Below are positions 23,101 to 33,758 of a DNA stretch of 33,758 bases, in pieces. Numbering within the stretch: position 1 is the stretch's first letter; each line of letters begins with the position of its first letter. Source of the DNA: Catajapyx aquilonaris (taxonomy: Eukaryota); assembly GCA_000934665.2 (NCBI GenBank), contig KZ539104.1, positions 1-33,758 of the forward strand, in the 5' to 3' direction. Below the pieces are notes generated by a model. The model was given only the letters and a program-made list of their open reading frames with translations. It was not told the origin of the DNA and made no database searches. A program made the position numbers and the translations under genes.

Positions 23101-25128
23101 AGCCAGATGGAACATGGCTGGGTTAGTGAACCACACTGGCTGAGACCTTGAATGTGTGTATACGACGCTTCCACCGCCCCGGCCCACCCACCCCCCGGCC
23201 ACAGCTGGTTCTGCTGGCTGCGGATATTAGGTGGCCGGTGGGGTGGGATTAAACCAAGATTAACTATCCAACCTTGAAGCATGGGGGCCGGCCTCAGGAT
23301 CGGGGGCCGGAGACAATCATTTTCGGCACATTTTCTTCAAGGACGAGCCCCTATTCAAAGGTATCGACGTGGGTATTGTCCGACCGTTTTATGCCGGGAG
23401 ATACGGGACCCCAAATATAGACTGCCGATAGCCTTTAGTGCTACGTGTACATAGCCATTCAATAAGTACCGGCCGGACATGCATAATCGGCACGCACCGC
23501 TAATCCGACGTGAGAAATACCGTCCGTTTGGAGGCAACGACATCGACAGTGATGGATAACTCTAGACGGACAATCGGGGGTCTATCAATCATTACGACGG
23601 GTGTGGAATCTACCTAATGACTATAAGAGCTAACAATGCAAAACAACAACAACTCAACATCCTGAATGGTCATTCCAGTTACTGCACATTCCATAAACAG
23701 GTGTACTTACAATATCAAATACATGTCCTTGTAGTATTTGGTCATTCAAGTCGTACGAGCTGAATTAACCTACTGTCGATGCCTCGTTCGATATAATTTA
23801 TCCGTGTCTTACCAGTCCTTCGTCGACCTCTGAAGGTGCCTCAAATCAGAATATGGATGGTTTATTTTCTTCTCGGATCTACTAGCGGAAGAATAGCTAC
23901 GCTGTCGATTATGCGCGAATAAATCTGCCACCTTGCATTATTCAGCTTTGCTTACCCCAGCAAGTTGCATTCGTTTATTGCCACCTAATAACCATACCTG
24001 ATAATAATCAAACATGCGCAGCAGCCATAATTACAACCATAGTACGTAGTAACTGTAGCTATTACCCCTGCACGTGTGCTCACTCGGCATTCCTCTCAAT
24101 TATTGACAGCTCGTGCCCTCTTGAAATATGCAACATTACATATTTTGCGCAATTTATTACAATGCCGCGTCGCACTGGGCGTCCTGTGCCACTATTACAC
24201 AATCGCTTTTTTACTGCAGGATTCCGCGTAACCAGCCAGTTACAACTGAATCCACCGGAGTGGCAACAGGCGCCTACAAGGCGGGAAAAAACTCCATCTA
24301 AATTGCTAACTATCCCCCTTTCGCATTTATAGCTTGCGAAATATGGTGCCCCGGCGATAGCATTTCCTCCTAGCCTTCTTTCTTCCCATGGGTATAAAAG
24401 ACCTTCCGGTGACCTTATGTCCATCAGCCTTCATTGCCCCCTTCCGGCACATCAGGTGTCCAGCCTCACTTCATATTTCTCTCCTCCGACTTTATTTTTA
24501 GCCCACAATGCATGCACTGCAACACATACCAACCGCTCAAAAAAATACAACGGCGCCGGCTCTTATTACACTCTAAAATAGACTCACACCGGAAATGGAA
24601 GTGGGCCAAAACAACATGGCCGCCTCTACCCCCCCCCCCCCCNGTTTACCCCTCTCAATCCCAGCCAGTGCACACATGGCAAGGTCTGTACTTGTACCCC
24701 GGTGTAGTTAGCAAATGAGCAATAATGGGGCTTTATAAACAGAGGCGCGCACAATGGCCGCACAGCTGGTAAACGGGCAGTTACGTGCACGGCATCATGG
24801 CGGCCCTTTTCAAGGACGCTGCCTTTGTCCTCTTTTCGCAGCGCACTGCATGGGAGAGGGTGGGTGGAGGGGGGTAGTCTAGTCAGTCAGTAGAGAAACA
24901 CCCCACCCCCACTATGGGGAGGAGGAGGAGGAGGACTCTAACCACCCTTCATGAGGCCTCTCGTAGGAGGTACGCGGCGCCAGATATATTTAACCTGTAA
25001 ACATGAGACGCCATTGTACGGCCCCAAGGCGACTCTCACTTTTCATTGGCCGATATGCTGGCCTGACGGGCGCTCAAAATTTATGCCCCAGACCGGATTT
25101 TCGCCAATATGTTACACTCGGCCTGACA

Positions 25129-25130
<2 letters not shown>

Positions 25131-25188
<58 letters not shown>
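25131..25188. repeat. (TA)n microsatellite
   Basis: Uninterrupted TA run of 58 nt. Confidence 0.99.
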
Positions 25189-25192
<4 letters not shown>

Positions 25193-28100
25193 GGAACTGA
25201 CGTCTCTTTGGAGGCATCATGTGCAGTGGACTAGTACGGAGGAGGGTCGTATCCTGCCTGCATATTACTAATTGCGATGGAGAGCAAAAAATTCGTATTG
25301 CAGCATTACAGTTATCTCAATGTCAAACAAAAATATCAAACATTCGCTGTACATTTGATAACTTTTTCAAGATTGTGAATTGTTTCGAGATAAACCGCTC
25401 ATTATATCACAGTAGCATGACCATACCCACTGACTCGGCTAGTTTACACCCATCTATCCGGTTCTATCGGTAGCCTACTTTGCGTACATTAACCACCCAA
25501 GGCCACCTGGGGGATTTCATCAAACTCAACTCCGGCACAATACACCTGTCGCTAAGCTTAGAGGGCACCCGATATTTTCGCAATACTCCACTGCAAAAAA
25601 AAGTAGTTTCCTCGTATGTAACCCGGCCAGGTTTAGCACTTAGCTGCCCGATATAACCGGCAGATCTATCGTCCTAATCAGGCCTAGGAGGAAAACCCCT
25701 TATCACATGGCTTCCTTTATGTAATGACCGCATGAGCCCCTGAACTTGTATGCCTTCACCTCCATACCACATGTGTATATATTTTGGTCCGCTGCCAACT
25801 CTTGCCTAATCTAGGAAAGGAATTTGAAGACGAAAAAAAGAAGAAAAAGAAACAGGAGCATAGGCGACGAAGGCCAGACTCGCAGACCTAGGACAACTAC
25901 CGGGCCTAGGTCTGGCGGCCAACGTAAGTCGATATTCATACAGGTGAGGCCGGGCTTCTCGTGTAAAACCCTCTTGAGCTGGTCATGGTTGCAACACTCG
26001 TATGCTACGAAAAGTGGTGGTCAATACCATTCATGGTGTCGTACTGGTGGCGCCACCATTAATGCCCGGCACTGTACGTCAGCCGACTACAAAACCCTTG
26101 ATAAAACCAGGCTTTCGTCACCGTGTCTAACCCGATTTGGCACGTTAGTGAGGCCTGATCCGCCAATTGACATACATAACCAGATGTCCTCCAAGAGGCT
26201 TTCCAAGAGGTAAACGGCACTAAGCGTGTCAAATTGTCCAGCACTTCCTAAACCGCCTCAGAATTTTGCAATTTTTGCTACATACGTGCCATTCACACCA
26301 AGTGGCCGTATTTCAATGAATCCTCTTTTTTTTTTTGAATGGAAACGAGCCGGAAGTAAACCCATGCGCATGTTTGGCATACCGAGATCTATTTTTAGCC
26401 TGGGGGGAAAAAAAACTCTGGAGTGTTTTAAAAAAATCCCCTCCCTCGGGATGGAATGCCAGCTCACATGTGCATACAAGTGTGCACACTATTTTACACC
26501 CCTTAAAATGGACAGTCCACCTCACCTTGCCCATGGCCGTTTCAACCCTCAAAAACCAGCTTCAAATTCAACTTTTGGGCCAGTACCCCCAACCTGGGGG
26601 GCTCACCTGGGCCCTCCCCGCCGGTAGAACCACATTCCATCTGCCCCCACCGCAGCCTCGCCAGGAATTTTTCTCTGCATGGGAAAGGTGGCATGCAATC
26701 CTCAAGTGCTGCCCAACAAGTACTTGACATGCGCACTTCATTTTTTCCGGCGGTATCCCCCCGGTACCCACATATTCACGCATATATTCATGCATTTTCG
26801 CCGCACACCGTCCTGACCCCCCAAGGACAACCTCGGGGGGTGTGACCTTCTCTCCATCGGCTTTCCCCCTGCTCATCTAAAAGCCCCCGCCGACCGTCTC
26901 AGGTGAAAATGGCCGCCAGTGGAGTCGAAGGACGTGAAGGAACGCAGTCTCAGCTATGCGGGCAAAAAACTCGAGACGAATGAAATGCAAGGCGAGGAGG
27001 AAGGGGGTGGGGAAAAAAAACATGCTGGCGCCACCACATGACCATAAAAGGACACTACATATGGGGGGAGTGTGTGAGTATGTGGACAGTGCTGGCTGCA
27101 GAGCCGTTGACAATTTCCCACACCAAATATGCTAGGATGGCACTACCTGTAATTTTCGCTACGGATTTTTTTTTAATGGCCCGGTTTTTCTAGGGAAAAC
27201 TCCATTCACACATTTCATTCAAAGACCAGGGTGTCGCAATTTTTATCGTAATCCTGAAAACGGCTTATCAGCCTTGATATCATTATTTTTTATTTTTATA
27301 ACCAGCGGTTTTCATACTTCCACGGCTGCGTTTATTTCCGACGCGTGACGTCACGCATTGAATAATTGACCTCTCCCGTTGCTCTCTGACACACATGTGT
27401 CGTCTCTGACCGCAATGTTCCCCCCCCTTTAATTTTTTATACACCCTTTTGGAGGAGACAGGCCCCCCTTTCACTCGTGACCCCGTTGCGCGGTCACAAT
27501 GCACTTTTGCCCTGATCAATATTCAACTCGACTAGAAATCAGCTGCATAGCCATTATTTTCGCCTGGTCGAGGTCCCTCACCTGCAACGGTGACGTCAGT
27601 GACGGGTGACACAAGTGCAGGGGGTAATACCGCCGCTCACGCAACTCTACTTCTGGCCCAAAATGTAAACAACGTGACATTTTTCAAAGGAGCTGTCGAT
27701 AATAATTTTTTCAAAAAATTTATCAACTTTTAGTACACGTGGGCCCCAGAATTTTCTCACGATTTCCTTTCTGATGAATGCAGGAAGAGGATGTCAAACG
27801 GTCCCTTTTACTTTGCCCGCCTCTCACCTGCCCTCGTTACCTATTCCATCTACCTGCATCGCCCATGCCTTCCCACGCCCCCCCACCCTGTCCCTACCCC
27901 AAAACACACACGCCTACACACTCGCAGATTGGCCACGGCCATACGTCTTGTCGGCGCGACTCCAAGTCGCCTAACCCCACCATTGGAAAAGAAAAGGGGG
28001 TTTGTCATTCGTTTGTCCAGAGGTACAATGGACCGTCCGCACACAATACGTCCCCAGTAATTGGCATGCTAATTACGCGCGTCCAGTTTCAATGCGCGCT

Positions 28101-28932
28101 CCCTCCCTAATTAGCCAGGTCCGCACAATTATGCACCCAGTCTATTTTTACCTGCTCGGGATATCAAACGAGGGCACAATGACTGCCACCTGCATTGAGC
28201 CTTGCAATTGGCATTCGGCGCCGTCCTGGCGTTACCTCCATGTGATAAGGAAGCGACAGCGTTCCTTCAAAGGCGATGCGCAAATCCGGCTCATAAATCA
28301 AAATTGGCCAAGATGGCCGCATAAAAAAGTCACCCCCTCCCCTCCCCGGATGCTTCATACAATTCGTCAATAAGGCTAGTGTTCGCCAACAGGGTTGCCA
28401 ACCCTCTCAATGAAGATGTCACCAGACATGATCAGTCCGGCATTACTACGCCCCAAAATTTACAACCCCACCCTCGTCTGCCGATTCACCCCTGACCTTT
28501 TCCCCCATCCAGACATCCCAGCCAGCTGTTAAAACGCACTCGCCTCGCCGCTTCCCGCGCATCAAGGGGTTGCCGGGGCAACGCCACCGTCCCCATGGCA
28601 ACCCCTCCGACCTATATCTGCTGATCCCGATCGTCGCCCCTCCGAAAACACTGCTCAAGAAGGGCGTGGTTCTCTGGAGGGGGGGAAAAAATGTACGCAT
28701 TTTTGCATATTTTCCGATGATGACCCCCGCCGGCCGGGTCCAGCCAGCCGACTGCCCATAAAATCCGAACTCCCCGCCAAATAAAATACCCGGCCAAGTA
28801 GAGCGGGAAAACCGGTGCGAGTGACCTCTGGAAGCTCACAGACACGCCAGGGATCGATACACGTTACCACGGCAACCCCGACATCACCTTATATTTATTG
28901 AAAATCGAAGCCCAGGGAGCCGGGGCTCTGCG

Positions 28933-28960
28933 CTCTCTCTCTCTCTCCCTCTCCCTCTCC
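28933..28960. repeat. (CT)n / GAGA tract
   Basis: CTCTCTCTCTCTCTCCCTCTCCCTCTCC, about 80 nt into the intron after the bHLH exon. Confidence 0.9.
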
Positions 28961-29039
28961 ACCCACCCGCTCTTCCCCAGGAACAAAACGCTCCAAAGGA
29001 TTACTACCACATATGTGATTTGATGAAAAGTACATTTAC

Positions 29040-29201
29040 CTTGCTCAGCTTCTCTCCTTCGTGGTGAGGCAGCAATGTCCTTAGGGACTGGAAGCCTGCG
29101 TTGATACTTTGCATCCTCCTACGCTCATTGGAGTTGGCGATCTCTCGCCTGATTCTCTTCTCCTGCTCCATCGCTGTTCCGTCTGCAACAATACTCTTCA
29201 T
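29040..29201 (-). CDS. TFAP4: AP-4 bHLH-ZIP transcription factor, first recognisable coding exon (basic region, helix 1, loop)
   Basis: Translates (MKSIVADGTA)MEQEKRIRREIANSNERRRMQSINAGFQSLRTLLPHHEGEKLSK, the AP-4/Cropped basic-helix1 signature. Ends phase 0 at AAG|GTAAAT (GT 29039-29038). The 5' limit is uncertain: ATG 29201, or an acceptor TTGTTGCAG| (exon start 29182, branch-like GACTAAT upstream) with ATG 29171. Confidence 0.95.
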
Positions 29202-29213
29202 TAGTCAACTGGC

Positions 29214-29290
29214 CCGCCATTACATACGACTCATCAGACAAAATGGCCGCGTTACCAACAAAATGGCGGCATTTCCGGTAAAATGGCCCG
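29214..29290. promoter_or_regulatory. Array of YY1/Pho-type sites
   Basis: CAAAATGGCCGC 29239, CAAAATGGCGGC 29259, AAAATGGCCCG 29280 and an inverted CCGCCATT 29214. Confidence 0.55.
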
Positions 29291-29715
29291 ATGGGGATGA
29301 GTTTTGAAATCGGAAATTCTCCAGTTATGCAAAATAGCCCTCCCTATACGCCGGGCGCCACCTTTTCTCCGCCACACACATTATTAGCAAGGTCGACAAG
29401 TCTGAGTCGGGTTCATTGATCCAGGTTTTTGAGCTAAGAAAAGAAGCGCTGCCGGCAAGGCACGTAAAATCCTTGAAAATAGTGATGCAACGAATTTTCG
29501 CAAAAATTCTGTACCCGCCGGGGTCTCCAAGAATAAAACCCTGCCTATTAATACCTAATAGGGGTGGCTCCGGACCCACTGACCTCATGCACCTTTATCT
29601 GTCGTAGATCAATAGTCCGATTGAACCAAACTGGATCACTGTATTGCGTTTCTTTGAGCGCACTTGATTTCCGGGATAACCCTGAGCGAGTCATAGATTT
29701 TTAGCCGGTGTTTCA

Positions 29716-31896
29716 ATCAGCTGATCCCGGCAGGTAAATAACATCACGTGCTTCTCCCCCTCCCCTACCCCCAGGGACCCACGCCCTAAATGATGACTCA
29801 TAGGAATTACACCAGTCAGCTGCTACAATGTTGTGCAATGTATTGCTTGACTCATACCGGACATACTGGCATTCTTCGCATACTATGAACAGAAAAAGTG
29901 GTGACTAGTTTCTATGAATTATCTACGCTGGTCTTGCCAATATCTGACTCTTTATTATCGCGGGCTCCACTTCCTTCAGATATAAATAAGGCACTTATGT
30001 AAGTGACCTGACACGTACACAATCGACATATTTGACGTAATGAATAGTGCTTATATGGCCAGAAAATATTGCTAGGGTAGAATTCTGGCTAGTTATGTGA
30101 AATTGATATTTTGGACGTGTCAGTAGCACAAATAGTGCATCAGCCATTCACGTCGCTGAATTCCAACAGTACCTTACGTGGTGAGTGACGGATATGTATG
30201 GGCACTCTAGATATGCAGGTGGATGTTATTGTGGTGTATTTTGCCCTTGCCGAGCATTATTTATTGTACGTGCGTAGAGTTCAACGGTGATATCTAAGAC
30301 CAACTTAAATAAAAACTTGCCGGCCTGGAATTTCAACGGTTACAAAGATACGATTCGTGAATAGAATAATAGACGTGTTGCGATTCATTCTTTCTGTGAT
30401 TCAATCGTCGATGACACTGCATCGAATCAGAAAACGGACGCATCTCACATGATTCGGCATACGAGATGAGCGCATAATGNTTTTTTTTTGCATAATGTCT
30501 TCGTAGCACGATTCCTCCATGAACAAGTGCCATCCATTTTTCTAACCCGAGTCGCTGTCATCAATGCGGAGGTCGACGAAGATGGATGTCGGACATGCAG
30601 GTTTTAGCGATCCTGTCGCGGTGGCGTCGACGGTATCGATGGCAGGTCACATTAAAACGACATGGTAGAGGCGCAAAATGACGTCGACTTTAACTGACGT
30701 GCCAAAGAGCTGTGAGGTCCGCATTTACTTACAGTCACAATTATTTTTTTAAATTTACTGGTATTGAAATACAGCTCAGCCTGAAGGTAGACTAAGTACC
30801 CGGGAGCTCCTGTTAAAACAAATCTGCAATCGTGTGCAATTATTTGAAATGCATTCGAACACAACCTGGACCATTCATTTCTCAAAGTGGGCCGTGGCTT
30901 AGCATTTGGCCTCATATTTACGGCTTATTTTTCCTGAGCAAATGTGGACTGGTTTGACCACATACGTCATATGAATTGGCATTTAGCTTGCCTTGCCTGG
31001 TCAGTTGACAATACGACTAACCATATCATTTTTTTTTTAAATACTATGGTATACGCGCAATTATACCGCATGGGCTACATCAAGAGCTATCAACAATTAA
31101 CATCAGCGTTTGCATGCTCGGCTAGCTGGCGGCATAAGGCACGTGTTTATCCTTTTCAAAATTAATTAATGTCCGGGCCTTTCGCATATATAAATTACAA
31201 TATTTTGGACTATCCAGGTCCCCTACTTGCACATGCACATTTACTTGTAATATAATGCGCAATTTTGTCAATTGCAGTTACCCTCCATGCACGAACAAGC
31301 ACGAGCATAATATCTACTATCTATCATTTTATTCTGGCGAAAATCGGTACGCTACGCCATACGCCGTCCCTAGAGCTAGTCCGGGCATATACTCTATGTG
31401 CGTACATCCCTAACCTTGACCTTCAGCTGACAAACCTCCCCCTTCTCCCCCTCCCCCATAGCCGACCCCATACAGCCCGGAACAACATACCTAAGCCACG
31501 GTACACTACCGCATCAGCTGTTCAACTCAAAACACAACCAGTTCCCTCAACCACTTTTAACCATATAATCGTAATCAAGTTATATATAAACAAGTGCGTT
31601 ACATATCGCAGTTATCGACAGCGGACATAAAGTGGGCGTATAACTACAGGGATGCCCATCAAACCCGGTCGCCGTAGTAGTAAGTTACATCCACTGGACA
31701 AACACGCGCACCTATAGGCCTACCTATCCCCAACAAATTGGCGGCAAACGTCTCACCCTGTAACGTAATCAGCTGTTGAGTGAATGGCGCGGTCAATACA
31801 CTACCGGGTGTTCAATGCACCATTAGTATGAACCACTAGTACTGTACCAGGCTCATGTGTGGCTGTAGCACCGGAGTAGTGCCGGTAACAGCTGAT
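29716..31896. promoter_or_regulatory. Cluster of consensus AP-4 binding sites (AWCAGCTGWT) with CACGTG E-boxes in the presumptive first intron
   Basis: ATCAGCTGAT 29716, ATCAGCTGTT 31513, ATCAGCTGTT 31768, AACAGCTGAT 31887; further CAGCTG at 29817 and 31424; CACGTG at 29745 and 31140. Confidence 0.6.
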
Positions 31897-32022
31897 CAGA
31901 CGGGGTTCCCATCCCATCCCATCTGGTGACCGAACCGGGGCCGGCATGGATAGCACGCCTGGTGCCGGCAAGCGGCAACCGGCCGGCCGGTCTCCCGTTC
32001 TAACCCATGCCCCCAGACTTAC

Positions 32023-32140
32023 CTAATCAGCCTTTTTGCCCCGGGTTCCAACCGGGTCTCACCCCCTCTTCACCACACTAAAAACGTCCGCACACGGGGC
32101 CTCACTAGGTCCGCGAAAAAAAAAAAAACTCCGCGCTCCG
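32023..32140 (-). other. Probable non-coding first exon (5' UTR) of the AP-4 gene
   Basis: Perfect donor AG|GTAAGT (GT 32022-32021) about 100 nt downstream of an E2F-site cluster. No ATG in 32140-32023 on the minus strand. The TSS position is a guess. Confidence 0.5.
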
Positions 32141-32270
32141 TATGGCGGGAAAGGTCTGAAACTATATGGCGGGAAGGCTTGGCGGGAAAAACAGCTGCAA
32201 GCCCCGGCTTAGTTCCCGCTTCCCAACTTTACTACAACCCACCCCCCACAACCACCCCAATTCCCGCCAA
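32111..32270. promoter_or_regulatory. Probable AP-4 promoter with an E2F-site cluster
   Basis: GGCGGGAAA 32144-32152, GGCGGGAA 32168-32175, GGCGGGAAAA 32181-32190, TTCCCGC 32213-32219, TTCCCGCCAA 32261-32270, CCGCGAAAA 32111-32119; also CAGCTG at 32192. Confidence 0.65.
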
Positions 32271-33758
32271 CTGGACGTATCCTTCCGCCTAAATCAGCGT
32301 CACACACCCGGACCCACAGCCAAACCCACGATATGTGCACACACCATACATACACCCGGTCCTATGTGTACACAACAGTTGCAGCACCCTGTCGCCCCGG
32401 GGCCAACACACTAGTATGAAACATCCAGGACTTATTTGTCCCGCGGAGGCACACCGTAGCACCCACCCCGCCTCCCAAACCCCCAACACCACCACCCCGG
32501 CCACCCCCTAGCATCGAGCAGACTCCCGCGCTGCAGGGATGCCAACCACACCGGGCTGCACCACAGCGCCACACCGCGGCTAATGTGCCCATTCAATATA
32601 TTTAAAATCAGAAATAATTACGAAAAAATAAGTAATTTTTGTGGACAGCTCCATCTGTTGTGTAATGACGATAGTGTCTGAGAACTAGGACACATACGGA
32701 AAAAATTGGAAAAAAATATTGTAAATGTGGATCCATTTGGGATCCATTCACAAACCCGGTTCTAAATTACGTACCGGTACCAGTTAATTTGAAAGTAGTT
32801 AACTCGTTGAGTTGGCGAGAAAATGCACTTCCGTTTTAGCTCGTTGTAATTGGCTATGCATATAGAAACGGGCAGACTCCGTAACAGGAAGTCTTATGCA
32901 CTTGTTGTTGCACTTTTCTTTATGGAAGCGGCTACGTGCTTTTTAGGAATATTGCAATTTACAAACTAATTGCCTCCTAAATTAAGCAGGGGCGTGGAAA
33001 ACGCATCCTGAGTCTGGAATTCCGTTAAATACATGATAATCCTTATCGGTGCAAAAATGCAGCATTTCCTATACGAGCATCACACGAGCATTGCATAAAA
33101 AAAACCGACTTTCAGTTACCTAGCTGCTTATGACTCAGGGTTATATCAGTTACATCTTTACTGCATAATAGTGATAAGCTGATAACAAGCGATAACGCAA
33201 CCGACTGTGCATTTTCAATATTGACATTAGCTCATATAATAACAGTTCCAATTCCTGATCATGTATTATCCGTGTATTATGTAGGCCAATGTTGCCCATG
33301 ATCGCGACCCCATACAATCTTTTCCCAGTTCGGCGACCCAAACTTCCGTCCAGATAAAACCCTGCTTTTTATGGCCATTATGGAGCTATTATGCAGCCTC
33401 GCTCCAGTGGTAGACCTAGGCCTATACTCAATACCCCCCACATACGGACCGAAATTTATTAAATAAAAAATATTCATATATACAAACGATACCCTAAAAC
33501 GTACCAATGGTATCCCTCATCATTGCTAGTCTGGGTATTCATCCCAGTGCGATAAAAATTATCGACCTAACAGGAGCCCGAGTGAATGGCAGGGTATGGA
33601 AATCCCACTCACCAATCAGGGCCTTGAGCTACTACTACGTCTACTACTACTAGCAACCCCCCTCCCCTCCCGACCCCCCATCATTTTTTTTTCTTGCTCC
33701 ACACAAGTACGTATCGGCCTTGTGCAGTTGGTAGGCACGCAGTGAACGCACCCCTTGT

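Noticed and set aside
20890..28870. Numerous 60-130-aa ORFs in the large intron as nested genes
   Set aside because: Expected in GC-richer DNA; overlapping on both strands with no domain signatures or consistent splice structure.
30333..30533. Minus-strand ORF as a possible N-terminal AP-4 exon
   Set aside because: Crosses an A-run with an ambiguous base, ends in a stop with no suitable phase-1 donor, and shows no AP-4-like sequence.
32141..32190. CRISPR-like or tandem array from repeated TGGCGGGAA (also AAATGGC at 29241-29287)
   Set aside because: Repeats are only 7-11 bp in a spliced eukaryotic locus with no cas genes; better explained as transcription-factor sites.

Overview
Eukaryotic (most likely arthropod/protostome) genomic DNA containing one spliced protein-coding gene on the minus strand: a bHLH-leucine-zipper transcription factor of the AP-4 family (TFAP4; Drosophila cropped). 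Five coding exons (29201/29171-29040, 18116-17951, 14801-14509, 13476-13124, 10201-9802) join through GT-AG sites with matching phases into about 447-457 aa. A probable non-coding first exon ends at 32023, just below an E2F-site cluster at about 32.1-32.3 kb. The window splits in two. Positions ~1-16 kb are CpG-poor and hold the 3' exons, a probable long 3' UTR and many small transposons, including a three-tier nest, V-SINE-like SINEs and Sola-, hAT- and piggyBac-like MITEs. Positions ~16-33.7 kb are CpG-rich, show no recognisable transposons and are dense in motifs: the AP-4 protein's own site (candidate autoregulatory array), three YY1/Pho sites at exactly 20-bp spacing, E2F, CRE and Myc-type E-boxes. 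No prokaryotic-type systems (CRISPR, operons) were seen. All motif counts are by eye, and all family assignments rest on recalled consensus features, not database searches.
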